From NCBI GenBank assembly GCA_963667845.2, contig CAXXVL010000001.1, forward strand, positions 64,001-128,000: 64,000 bases of DNA, in the 5' to 3' direction. Below are positions 49,101 to 56,837 of this stretch, in pieces (positions within the stretch are counted from its first letter, which is position 1; each line of letters opens with the position of its first letter). Under the pieces are notes generated by a model. That model saw only the letters and a program-made list of their open reading frames with translations, did not search any database and had not been told where the DNA came from. The translations under genes and the position numbers were made by a program. The DNA is from Smithellaceae bacterium (GTDB lineage: Bacteria; Desulfobacterota; Syntrophia; Syntrophales; Smithellaceae).

Positions 49101-51886
49101 GGCAGCTCCAGCAGGCCCATGCCTACTGGCGTTTAAAGGGTCTGGCCGTCGATCTCGTCATCTGGAATGAGGATAATGCCATCTACCGGCAAACACTTCA
49201 TGACCAGATTGTGGGATTGATTGCCACCAGTATGGAGGACAAGGCTGCCGACCGGCCGGGCGGCATTTTTGTGCGGCCGGGAGATCAGATATCCACCGAA
49301 GACCGCATTTTGTTTCAGAGCGTTTCCCGCGTGATCATCAGGGATGACAGTGGAACACTGGAGGAACAGCTGAGCCGGCGCAAAACGCCGGAGATCCCCG
49401 TCCCGCGTTTTCGACCGACCAAAAATCAAAGCGCGAAAAGCAAGGGGGAAGAAGCGTTTTCCTATCCGAGCTTGATTTTCGCAAACGGTACCGGGGGATT
49501 TACACCGGACGGACGCGAATATGTGATCATTACAAAACCGGGGGAGAAAACCCCGCTGCCCTGGGTGAATATCCTCGCGAATCCGCACTTCGGATCGATT
49601 ATTTCCGAAAGCGGCTCTGCCTCGACCTGGAGTGAGAATGCCCACGAATACCGCCTGACTCCCTGGAACAACGATCCGGTGAGCGATCCCAGCGGCGAAG
49701 CCTTCTATATCCGCGATGAAGAAACAGGGCAGGCCTGGTCGCCCACGCCTCTGCCTTCCGGCGGCCAAACGCCTTATATCTGCCGTCATGGTTTCGGATA
49801 CAGCGTTTTCGAGCACACGGAAGACGGCATCCACTCCGAGCTGTGGATGTTTGTGTCCCTTGATGCGCCGGTCAAGTTTATGGTGTTAAAAGTGACGAAT
49901 GAATCCGGGCGCAAACGCACCCTATCCGTTACCGGGTATCTGGAATGGGTGCTGGGCGACCTGCGGCCGAAGACGATGATGCACGTGACAACCGAAGCGG
50001 ATGCGGGAAGCGGGGCGATTTTTGCCAGGAATCAATATAACACGGACTTTGCCGACCGGGTGGCCTTCTTTGACGTGGATGATCCGGCACGGACATTCAC
50101 CTGCGACCGGGGTGAATTTATCGGCCGCAACGGCGAACTGGCGAAACCGGCTGCGATGGCGCAGGCACAGCTCTCCGGCCAGGTCGGCGCGGGTTTGGAT
50201 CCCTGTACCGCCCTGCAGGTCACTTTTGGGCTCCATCCCGGACAGCAGAACGAGAGCATTTTCCGTTTGGGTGTCACCGGCAGGCGGGGAGCCGACGATG
50301 CCAGCAAGACGGTGAAGAGTTTCCGGGGCTCGGCCGTGGCGCAAAGGGAACTGGAAGCGGTGCAGCGGTATTGGGCAAAGACGCTCGGCACGCTCGAGAT
50401 AGAAACACCCGATCCGTCTCTTAATATTTTAACAAACGGCTGGCTTTTATATCAGACGCTGTCTTCGCGGCTCTGGGCGCGCAGCGGTTACTACCAGTCC
50501 GGCGGCGCCTTTGGTTTCCGTGATCAGCTGCAGGACGTCATGGCGCTGGTTTACGCCGAACCCGCGCTGGTCCGGCGGCACCTGCTTTTGTGCGCAAGCC
50601 GTCAATTTCCGGAGGGAGACGTCCAGCACTGGTGGCATCCGCCCACCGGGCGGGGCGTGCGCACGCAGTGTTCCGACGATTACCTGTGGCTGCCTTTGAC
50701 CGTCAGCCGCTATATCAGCACGACCGGTGATGCGGACGTTTTGAATGAAAGCGTCGGCTTCCTCGAGGGCCGGCCCGTCCGGCCGGATGAAGATTCCTAT
50801 TACGATCTGCCGGGCACCACTGATGAAAAAGCGAGCCTGTATGAGCATTGCGTGCGGGCTATCCGAAGAAGCTTGAAATTCGGCAGTCATGGTCTGCCTT
50901 TCATGGGGTCCGGCGACTGGAACGACGGCATGAATAAAGTCGGGGATGAAGGCCGGGGTGAAAGTGTCTGGATGGGGTTTTTTCTGTATGAGGTGCTCGT
51001 CAAGTTTGCGGACATTGCCCGCCTGAAAGACGACGGGCCGTTTGCCGATTTGTGCACGAAGGAAGCCTCTCAGATACGGAGCAATATTGAACAAACGAGC
51101 TGGGACGGCGATTGGTACCGCCGCGCTTATACCGATGAAGGCTTATCCTTGGGATCATGCACCAGCAGGGAATGCCGCATTGATTCGGTAGCCCAGAGCT
51201 GGTCGGTCCTCTCCGGAGCGGGCGAGCCCGCGAGGGTCCGCCTGGCGATGGACGCGGTTGATAGAATTCTTGTGCACCGGGATACCAAGCTGGTTCAGCT
51301 TTTGGACCCGCCGTTCGATAAATCGGATACGGAGCCGGGCTATATTAAAGGTTATGTGCCGGGCGTGCGGGAAAACGGCGGACAATACACGCACGCGGCC
51401 ATCTGGGTGGCCATGGCTTTTGCCATGCTCGGCGACAGGAAGCGCGCCTGGGATGTCCTGGATATTATCAACCCGATTCATCATGCCCTGACTCCGAAGG
51501 ACGTGGAAATTTATAAAGTTGAGCCCTATGTTGTTTCATCCGATATCTATGCGCTTGCGCCGCATGTCGGACGCGGCGGATGGACATGGTTTACCGGCTC
51601 TGCCGCCTGGATGTACCGGCTGATCGTGGAGTCGCTTTTGGGACTCACGCTGAAAAACGGCAAGCTCAACTTTGCGCCGTGCCTGCCTGCTTCCTGGAAT
51701 GAATTCAAGATGCACTACCGGTACGGGGAAACACTCTACCATATCAGCATTCGGCAGACCACGGGAGAAAAGGGACAGACGGTTGTGACACTGGACGGTT
51801 TGATGATGCAGGATGCAGCGGTATCGCTCGTTAATGATCAGCAAGAACATACCATCGAGGTCGCCCTGCCGGTTGTTAGTGGATAG
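43148..51886 (+). CDS. ndvB: Cyclic beta-1,2-glucan synthase/phosphorylase (GT84 + GH94; NdvB/ChvB/Cgs)
   Basis: 2912 aa; WLLDNFY, WMGYERKRGKL, TLDTDT, LSHDLIEG, RRRWIRGDWQ, PPDNYQE, YDLLASEAR, GAFGFRDQLQD, GDWNDGM, RENGGQYTH. Confidence 0.95.
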   Translation: MNLFYETAADIFLFLKKRFSKRSFRKKYSRDELPLRSELFSSEQMKQYGKNLAGLHQLTRKKATERLLERLQENDDVLIETIRQLTAVVKAGSPVAPAEEWLLDNFYLIEENVRTAKRHLSRGFSRSLPWLAAGPAAGLPRVYDIAQEIISHGDGRVDLENLVSFVTAYQSVSHLRLGELWALPIMLRLALIENLRRIGTRIMADIADRARANDWADQMVDVARRDPKSLVLAIADMARSDPPLLSPFVAEFARRLQGKSPALAFPLGWIEQRLSESHLTIEQMIRSGNQQLAADQASVSNSINSLRFLTTMDWREFVETMSVVENVLLEDPGDVYSRMDFVTRDRYRHVVEKIAKNSPLFEWDVAQKAIDLARAALSDKSGDERMTHVGYYLIDKGLPELEKSAQMRVTFAESICRILGRMPLFLYMGSILLITSLTAGYLLYRIHAGGVHGFLMLPIAVILLLSASCLGVALTNWLVTLMTYPQPLPRMDFSLEIPPESSTLVIIPTMLNSVQNVEDLIEALEIRFLTNREDNLHFGLLTDFRDAPSEKMPEDDELLRLAERGIKDLHEKYRGVKGGSFFLFHRPRQWNPEEGIWMGYERKRGKLAQLNALLKGGAKDCFSKIVGATELLANVKYIITLDTDTQLPRDAAEKFIGTMAHPLNRPQFDESKRIITAGYGILQPRLTESLSGVRQTRYSRLWGGQTGIDPYTRMVSDIYQDVFGEGSFVGKGIYDVDAFEKVLGDRLPENRILSHDLIEGCHARSGLISDVELYEEYPAEYRVDVSRRRRWIRGDWQIAGWLRSRVPVWGGGYQKNVLSCLSQWKIFDNLRRSLVPAALTITLVAGWAMLEPAWLWTLFLAGILLIPAAGAVLLDLCRKPGDVLPGDHLRAIVRQARRHGFQILFTIVCLPYEALYSLDAILRTGWRMLVSHKKLLEWNPYQSHTHRVTSGLAESCRSMWTAPVLSALVLMYLLLARPQALWAALPVLVLWFFSPVITWWVSAPSVKEGITLKDEQIIFLGKAARRTWAFFETFVATGDHWLPPDNYQENPGSVIAHRTSPTNMGLALLANLSACDFGYVTPGEFIRRTANTFDSMGKLDRYRGHFYNWYDTQSLRTLPPHYISTVDSGNLCGYLLTLKQGLLGLPDMILSGKRLPEGIGDTFGVLKDVAGTSSPEELAEFQKQLEKFTGEQEITANELWQRLDGLAQSASAVAAAFEADGQSEAGGWAQALVRQCRDAADELITFCPWAALSVPKADVARVFAEIGIPTLRETANMTSRWVSAVSEIIGPAAADEDKAWSREFEKLVSQGSTLARERLSIVQTLIDKAGVLADMDYSFLYDKGRQLLTIGYSVGDRRRDHSFYDLLASEARFCSFVAIAQGQLPKENWFALGRMLTNPGGDPVLLSWDGSMFEYLMPLLVMPNYENTLLDQTYKAAVKGQIAYGEKRGVPWGISESGYNTTDVHLNYQYRAFGVPGLGLKRGLSDDLVVAPYASALALMVAPEEACLNLQRLATKGMLGAYGFYEALDYTATRLPAGVVSVAVRSFMAHHQGMSLLAMAHLLLNRPMQKRFESEPIFQSATLLLQERIPKAVSFYRQIAEDINIRKAPGPQKVPTRIINTPDTPVPEVQLLSNGRYHVMITNAGGGYSRWKNLAVTRWREDGIRDSWGQFCYIRDLATGEFWSNAYQPTLKKPDRYEAIFSDAKVEFRRRDDDINTYTQIAVSPEDDIELRRVRVTNRSRKRRELDITSYAEVVIAEPMADALHPAFGNLFVQAEIIPNRQAILCTRRPRSKDEPTYWTFHLMAVHGADPAEASYETDRLKFVGRGNALSRPEALNGSADGAKALSGTEGSVLDPIVAIRRPIELAAGESATVDIVSGIAETRAKALALVEKYHDNRLADRVFNLAWTHSQVMLRQINATQEDAHLYGRLAGSVIYANSLLRADPKIIMKNRRGQSGLWGYAISGDLPIVLLQIGDHANIELVRQLQQAHAYWRLKGLAVDLVIWNEDNAIYRQTLHDQIVGLIATSMEDKAADRPGGIFVRPGDQISTEDRILFQSVSRVIIRDDSGTLEEQLSRRKTPEIPVPRFRPTKNQSAKSKGEEAFSYPSLIFANGTGGFTPDGREYVIITKPGEKTPLPWVNILANPHFGSIISESGSASTWSENAHEYRLTPWNNDPVSDPSGEAFYIRDEETGQAWSPTPLPSGGQTPYICRHGFGYSVFEHTEDGIHSELWMFVSLDAPVKFMVLKVTNESGRKRTLSVTGYLEWVLGDLRPKTMMHVTTEADAGSGAIFARNQYNTDFADRVAFFDVDDPARTFTCDRGEFIGRNGELAKPAAMAQAQLSGQVGAGLDPCTALQVTFGLHPGQQNESIFRLGVTGRRGADDASKTVKSFRGSAVAQRELEAVQRYWAKTLGTLEIETPDPSLNILTNGWLLYQTLSSRLWARSGYYQSGGAFGFRDQLQDVMALVYAEPALVRRHLLLCASRQFPEGDVQHWWHPPTGRGVRTQCSDDYLWLPLTVSRYISTTGDADVLNESVGFLEGRPVRPDEDSYYDLPGTTDEKASLYEHCVRAIRRSLKFGSHGLPFMGSGDWNDGMNKVGDEGRGESVWMGFFLYEVLVKFADIARLKDDGPFADLCTKEASQIRSNIEQTSWDGDWYRRAYTDEGLSLGSCTSRECRIDSVAQSWSVLSGAGEPARVRLAMDAVDRILVHRDTKLVQLLDPPFDKSDTEPGYIKGYVPGVRENGGQYTHAAIWVAMAFAMLGDRKRAWDVLDIINPIHHALTPKDVEIYKVEPYVVSSDIYALAPHVGRGGWTWFTGSAAWMYRLIVESLLGLTLKNGKLNFAPCLPASWNEFKMHYRYGETLYHISIRQTTGEKGQTVVTLDGLMMQDAAVSLVNDQQEHTIEVALPVVSG

Positions 51887-52008
51887 CGGATGGTGGATGG
51901 TGAATAGTAACCCATCATTGCGGGTTCAATCATTTTCGGGCTGTTGCCCCAAATCAAAAATTCAAGGTCTGTGAAATCTGCCTTTGAAAAAGTCCTACAC
52001 TGCTTAGG

Positions 52009-52186
52009 CTGGAGCAATCATGCTGATTGCTCCAGAATGTTTCGGTTCAAGCAGCAAGCATGAACCAACCACGAAGCTGGTTTCAGGGGCAGGTTGACAA
52101 TCTTAAGCAACCATTTTGGTTGCTCCGAAATGTTTCGGTTCAATCGCCGGACGATTGAACCAGCCGGCCGCTGTATCAGAAGCAGG
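52009..52186. repeat. Tandem pair of ~93-nt units with two palindromes each; related copy at 25717-25800
   Basis: Unit: AGCAA(T/C)C-N5-G(A/G)TTGCTCC, AATGTTTC, GGTTCAA..TGAACC, ending GCAGG. Confidence 0.75.
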
Positions 52187-52257
52187 TGTCTCAAGTCTGC
52201 AGAGGGCCTTTACCCATTGACAGCCGGGGCGTTCTTCTTATAAGTCTTTCTGTACGT

Positions 52258-53133
52258 ATGGCACTTATGAAAAGAATTCTGCCCCTCATCATTTTTGCTT
52301 CATTGTTGTGTTCTTCGTCCTTTGCCGCGGATTGGAAGAGTCCGGCGGACCTGGCTATCGGCATGTCGCGAGACGCGGTGGTCAGCCTGGAAAATAAAAA
52401 AGACAAGTCCCCGCAGGATATCTATACCTTGACGATCGTTTATTACCGGGAGTTTCGGCTGTCGAAATTGAAGCAACTGCTTGGCGATCAGGAAAAGAGA
52501 GTCGCAAACGGTCCTCAGCTGAAACTGCTGCAGGGGATTGTGTTCATGGGGGAGCACCGCTATCAGGAAAGCCGTGCTGTTCTGGCCGGGGTCATCAAAG
52601 CGTATCCCGATTTTTATCCGGCGGCAGTCGCGTTGGCGCATCTTGACTATCTGCAAAAGGATTTTGACCGCGCCTATCAGAGGGCGTTGCAGCTGATCGA
52701 GAAGCGCAAAGAGCTTTCACGGTTTCACTTCACCGTAAGCCTGATGCTGGCTGCCGGAGCCAAGGGGGTCCTCGCCAAACGAAATCTGCTCGTCGCCATC
52801 CCCGCCTACTTTGAAGTCAACGGATATCTGGCGGAGGCGCAAAAACAAATGCCTGATTCCGCCGAAGTGCTCTATGCGGTCGGGTCGTATCATCTTTTAA
52901 CGCCGGCGGTCGCCGGCGGCGATGTGGAAAAGGCGATTGCGCTTCTGGAGCGGTCCAGGCAGATGACACCACTGAATCCGGATGTGTGCGTGCGCCTGGC
53001 CCAGGCCTATCGTGCTAACGGCCGTCCGGACGTTTCGGGCAAATACCTGCGTCAGGCGGCGCAATTGGATCCGCGAAACGAACTGCTTGTCGATGATCTG
53101 TCGGGCCAAAAAGCTTTTCTGGATGTTCCGTAA
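52258..53133 (+). CDS. Exported tetratricopeptide repeat protein
   Basis: Signal peptide ending SFAAD; TPR-like helices (A..LDPRN, GGDVEKAIALLE); TTGACA at 52217. Confidence 0.75.
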   Translation: MALMKRILPLIIFASLLCSSSFAADWKSPADLAIGMSRDAVVSLENKKDKSPQDIYTLTIVYYREFRLSKLKQLLGDQEKRVANGPQLKLLQGIVFMGEHRYQESRAVLAGVIKAYPDFYPAAVALAHLDYLQKDFDRAYQRALQLIEKRKELSRFHFTVSLMLAAGAKGVLAKRNLLVAIPAYFEVNGYLAEAQKQMPDSAEVLYAVGSYHLLTPAVAGGDVEKAIALLERSRQMTPLNPDVCVRLAQAYRANGRPDVSGKYLRQAAQLDPRNELLVDDLSGQKAFLDVP

Positions 53134-53218
53134 ACAATGATCGGCGCGGCAGGTAAGGGGACGAAGACAGAGGCGGAAATAATCTCCTGAGTGTAAAAGC
53201 AGGCCTCAGGATTCGGGC

Positions 53219-53272
53219 TTAATCCCGCTCTGCGGGGCGAGCGTTAATTCGTAGCTTGCTGCGAAGTTGCTT
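53219..53272 (+). repeat. Dispersed intergenic repeat, copy 3
   Basis: TTAATCCCGCTCTGCGGGGCGAGCGTTAATTCGTAGCTTGCTGCG; touches the stop codon of the 847-aa gene. Confidence 0.85.
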
Positions 53273-55814
53273 AGTTGCCCGAGCGGAGCGTGTCGGCGTT
53301 CTCATTGATCTCGTGATCCACAGCGAGCAGCGCGGGGCGGAGCTTATCTCCCGATCGTTCGCGTCTCACCATCCCGCAGGACAAAGTAAACAACTGGGTC
53401 ATGACCTCATCGACGATTTCGCGGGGGATGCCGTAGTAGAGGAAATTGATGGGCATCCCTTCACCCAGCAGGTAAAAGATTTTGTTCTTTTCGGGATCAT
53501 CCGGGAAGACAATCGCTGCCTGATACCCCTGCAGAACGCCGGTCTGAAGATCCCTCAGCGCCATAAAGTCGACTTTCGCAGTCTTCCCGCCGATCTGCGG
53601 GTCCGCCACATCGCTGAGCGATTGCAGGTAATTCTGCAAATGGGAGAATTCCACCGTTTTGGTGGAGCCGCTCGCGAAGAAGACGGCGCGGTACGGGTTG
53701 TGCAGAATAATGTCCTCAATATGCTTGGGCTTCAGAATGGAAGCGCCGACCACGCCGATGAACATGTCGATGCGGGTGAGGACGTCCTTCCCCAGGTCAT
53801 CGATTGTTCTCACTTCGGGAACAGCAGAGGCTTTCCCGGGGGCCGCGATGTCCACGCCGAAGAGCTGTCCGGCCGGAATACGATTTCCCAGTTCCCGTTT
53901 CAGAAATCCGCCGATCGCGCCTGCTGAACCGAGCACGGCGATGGTTCGGCGGGAAAAAAGCATGCCCAGCCTGTTCAGGATGGTTTCGACAGCGTTAAGA
54001 ATGGACATTGCGCATTCGCGGGCCTCCGGGCCCCTTTTCAGGCCGGAGACGGCAATGGTGGCCGCGGGAAACTGCAGTTTCCCGAATTCGGCCATGACTT
54101 CGGCATTGTAATCGTAGCCGTTTTTCGTGTGCTCAACGCTGCCCAGAAAAGTCCCCGAAAGCCACGAGGCTATGGAACTCTTTTCGTCGCCCGCCTCTGG
54201 GGCCAAGTGAAAATAGTCGAAGACTTCTGAGACCGTTTTATGTTCCAGACAAAAGCGGTTGAGGAGCGGCGCGAGATAGCCGCCGTCTTCCACCAGCAGC
54301 AGCTCTTCGCCCCTCCGGCGGGCCAGCATCATTTCCCTGAGGAAGATGTGACCGGACGCCAGACGCATCGAGCCCAGAAAATCCAGCTCGCTTCTCAAAA
54401 CAATATCGTCGATTTCTTCGAGTCCGGCAAGCGGGGTAAACTGGTGTGAAAAATGATAGAGCCCGGCCAGCTTCTGCCGCGACTCGATTTTCTGCAGAGA
54501 GTAAAACCGGAAGGTTTCCGGCGGCAGGGACATGAGGGTCTCCAGATAGGCTTCCGGAACGATGCCCGAATATTTGACAAAAAACGAGGTGAGCCTTGCG
54601 CATCCGGCTTCGGCAAACGCCTGGAGAAGGCCGATAACCTCAGCGGTGTTGTGATGAATCAGAAAGAGCCTGACATTGCTGAGCGCATCTTTGTGCTCTC
54701 TCGCTCGGCGCGACAGGGCGGGCATCTGGGCCAGGTAATCACTGAGCGTCAAAACGGTGCGGAAGTCGTCAAAGCTCACATTCAGACAGACACCATACCG
54801 GGACACATCGAAATAGACATGAAACGATCCGGAGATCATTTCCAGAAGGCTTCCCCGGGCGAGCAATTGCAAAATGCGGGGATCCTCCAGTAGCTGGATC
54901 TCTTTGACGAGGAGCTGGAGTGATTTTGTCAGATCGTCGTGTGAGGCGGTGTTTTCCAGGAAAAGGATCTGCCGGTCGTCCGTCGGCCAGGTGAAATGCA
55001 CGGTTTGAAGATAGGGCAGGCCCCCTTCTCGCAGATGGGCGAAAAAGTCGGGCAGACGGTTCGGACTTTCGCTGTATTCGGAGCGGTTGTTCATATACTC
55101 GCGAAGCATCCCCTGGTGAATTTTTTCGGCCGTCGGATAAATATCCGCCAGATACGCGCCGTGGACGGTCTGATCCACAACGCGATGGGGGATGTGCTTG
55201 AGCTGCAGGCGGGAGCAGGCGGCATCTTCAATCGTGATCCGGAGAAACCGGCCGGGACTGCTCAGTTCCACCAGATAATAGCTGCCGTTTTTTTCGTCCC
55301 GGTCATGGAGATGAAACGGGAACAGCAGGGCAGGGGGCGCGCCTCCGGCGTTTTCCGGATCTATCCCGTAGAATTCCGGAAAGAGAATTCCGCCCCATTT
55401 TTCGGTCTGCAGCGCACGGAAGATGACCTGCATGCGGTTGCCGAAATTTCGATAATCGAAAGGGAGATTGTCCGCGGCGTCGAGCCTTACATAGAGCATA
55501 ATCCAGTCCAGGCCGGTTTGAGCAAGCTCCGGCGTCAGGCTCGGATCAACCCGGCGGCGCACCATGATATCGGCAATGCCGAAGCCGCACTGCTCGATGA
55601 CTTCATCCACCAGGAGCTGGACAAACGTGTGCAGATTGCGAAAGATGCGAATATTTGTGAGATCGATGACATAGTGTCTTTCGCCTTTGCGGACCAGCGG
55701 AACGCCCAGCGCCGTGAGCTCTCGCTCGGCTTCCCCGGCCGGCGCTTCTTTTATGTCTTTGGCTTCCTGCTCCCGGATCAAGGTCCGGAGCATGTCGCTG
55801 ACATCACGCTTCAT
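53271..55814 (-). CDS. 847-aa protein: unknown N-terminal ~370 aa plus a divergent S-adenosylhomocysteine hydrolase-like NAD-binding region
   Basis: SAHH-like motifs in order: FLIHHNT, LVEDGGY, SVEHTKNG, VSGLKRGPE, VLGSAGAIG, LLGEGMPINF. Confidence 0.65.
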   Translation of the reverse strand: MKRDVSDMLRTLIREQEAKDIKEAPAGEAERELTALGVPLVRKGERHYVIDLTNIRIFRNLHTFVQLLVDEVIEQCGFGIADIMVRRRVDPSLTPELAQTGLDWIMLYVRLDAADNLPFDYRNFGNRMQVIFRALQTEKWGGILFPEFYGIDPENAGGAPPALLFPFHLHDRDEKNGSYYLVELSSPGRFLRITIEDAACSRLQLKHIPHRVVDQTVHGAYLADIYPTAEKIHQGMLREYMNNRSEYSESPNRLPDFFAHLREGGLPYLQTVHFTWPTDDRQILFLENTASHDDLTKSLQLLVKEIQLLEDPRILQLLARGSLLEMISGSFHVYFDVSRYGVCLNVSFDDFRTVLTLSDYLAQMPALSRRAREHKDALSNVRLFLIHHNTAEVIGLLQAFAEAGCARLTSFFVKYSGIVPEAYLETLMSLPPETFRFYSLQKIESRQKLAGLYHFSHQFTPLAGLEEIDDIVLRSELDFLGSMRLASGHIFLREMMLARRRGEELLLVEDGGYLAPLLNRFCLEHKTVSEVFDYFHLAPEAGDEKSSIASWLSGTFLGSVEHTKNGYDYNAEVMAEFGKLQFPAATIAVSGLKRGPEARECAMSILNAVETILNRLGMLFSRRTIAVLGSAGAIGGFLKRELGNRIPAGQLFGVDIAAPGKASAVPEVRTIDDLGKDVLTRIDMFIGVVGASILKPKHIEDIILHNPYRAVFFASGSTKTVEFSHLQNYLQSLSDVADPQIGGKTAKVDFMALRDLQTGVLQGYQAAIVFPDDPEKNKIFYLLGEGMPINFLYYGIPREIVDEVMTQLFTLSCGMVRRERSGDKLRPALLAVDHEINENADTLRSGN

Positions 55815-55854
55815 GAATCATGTTCTCCATCGGTAAAAAAGATATCGCCCCTGC

Positions 55855-56822
55855 TTACGGATTAACATCGAGCAGGACTTTCAGCGCATCGCTCTTTCGC
55901 GCCCGGACAAACGCCTTCTGTACTTTATCCAGCGGATAACGCGCCGTAATCAGTTTGCTAAGCGGCATGTCGGGATAATTGCGCATGATGTTCAGGCCGT
56001 CGGCAAAACGGCCGCAACGCGACCCCAGAATCGTCTGCTCATTGATGACAATGGGCGCCAGGTTGACATCGCCGGAAACGGCAACGGTCGATTTGAGAAC
56101 AATGGTCCCGCGCGGCCGGCACAGCTCCATCGCCGAAACAACGCCCGCCCCGAACCGGTCGCTTCCACAACAATATCGGCTCCCGGTGAAACGTCCTTTT
56201 CACTCAAAGTCGTTTTGATGTTTCGCCACCTAGCCACTTCCAGTTTTTCCGGGTGATGCCCCACCACGGTTACATCTTCCAGAACGGTGGAGAGCACCCA
56301 GGCGCAAAAGATTCCCAATCTTCCGTCGCCCAGAACAACAACCCGTTCGCTGCCGCTTACAGACAATTGTTCCAGAATCTCGCAGGCCGCTGAAAGCGGT
56401 TCCGTAATCACGGCTCGTTCATCGGGAATCTCTTCCGGGACGGCCAAAAGGTTGGCCACCGGGAGCTGGCAGTATTCGGCCATGCAGCCGTCGTGATTGA
56501 TGATCCCCAGGGTGGTCCGGTTCGGGCAATGCCTCCCCAGGCCGCGGGCACACCAGTCGCAATGTCCGCAGCCGGCGTTTATTTCTCCGACGACCCGCTT
56601 TCCAATCCACTGACTGTCGGCGCATTCCTCGACCACGCCGACGAATTCATGCCCCAGGACTCCCTTAAAACCCATATAGCCCTTCATGATTTCCATATCG
56701 GTTTTGCAGATGCTTGCCAGCTTAATTTTGATTCTTGCCCAGCCGGGTTTTAAGACCGGCACGGGATAGTCTTGAACATACCTTAGTTTCCCGTCAAAAA
56801 CTGCCGCCGCCATTTTCTCCAT
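55855..56822 (-). pseudogene. Zn-dependent medium-chain dehydrogenase split by an apparent 1-nt frameshift near 56150 (may be a sequencing error)
   Basis: ICKTD, GHEFVG, CGHCDWC..G...HC and VLGDGRLG in ORF 55992-56822; RPRGTIVLKST...ALKVLL continues in ORF 55855-56130. One extra G in the GGGG run joins the frames. Confidence 0.8.
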
Positions 56823-56837
56823 GCCACATTTCCTTTT

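Noticed and set aside
52009..52186. Mini-CRISPR or hammerhead ribozyme
   Set aside because: Only two degenerate units; the minus strand has GAAAC but no CUGAnGA core correctly placed before the stem.
9918..55814. A single methyl-cycle supercluster (hgcAB, methyltransferase, yitJ-like, SAHH-like)
   Set aside because: The genes are spread over more than 40 kb in separate transcription units with unrelated genes between them.
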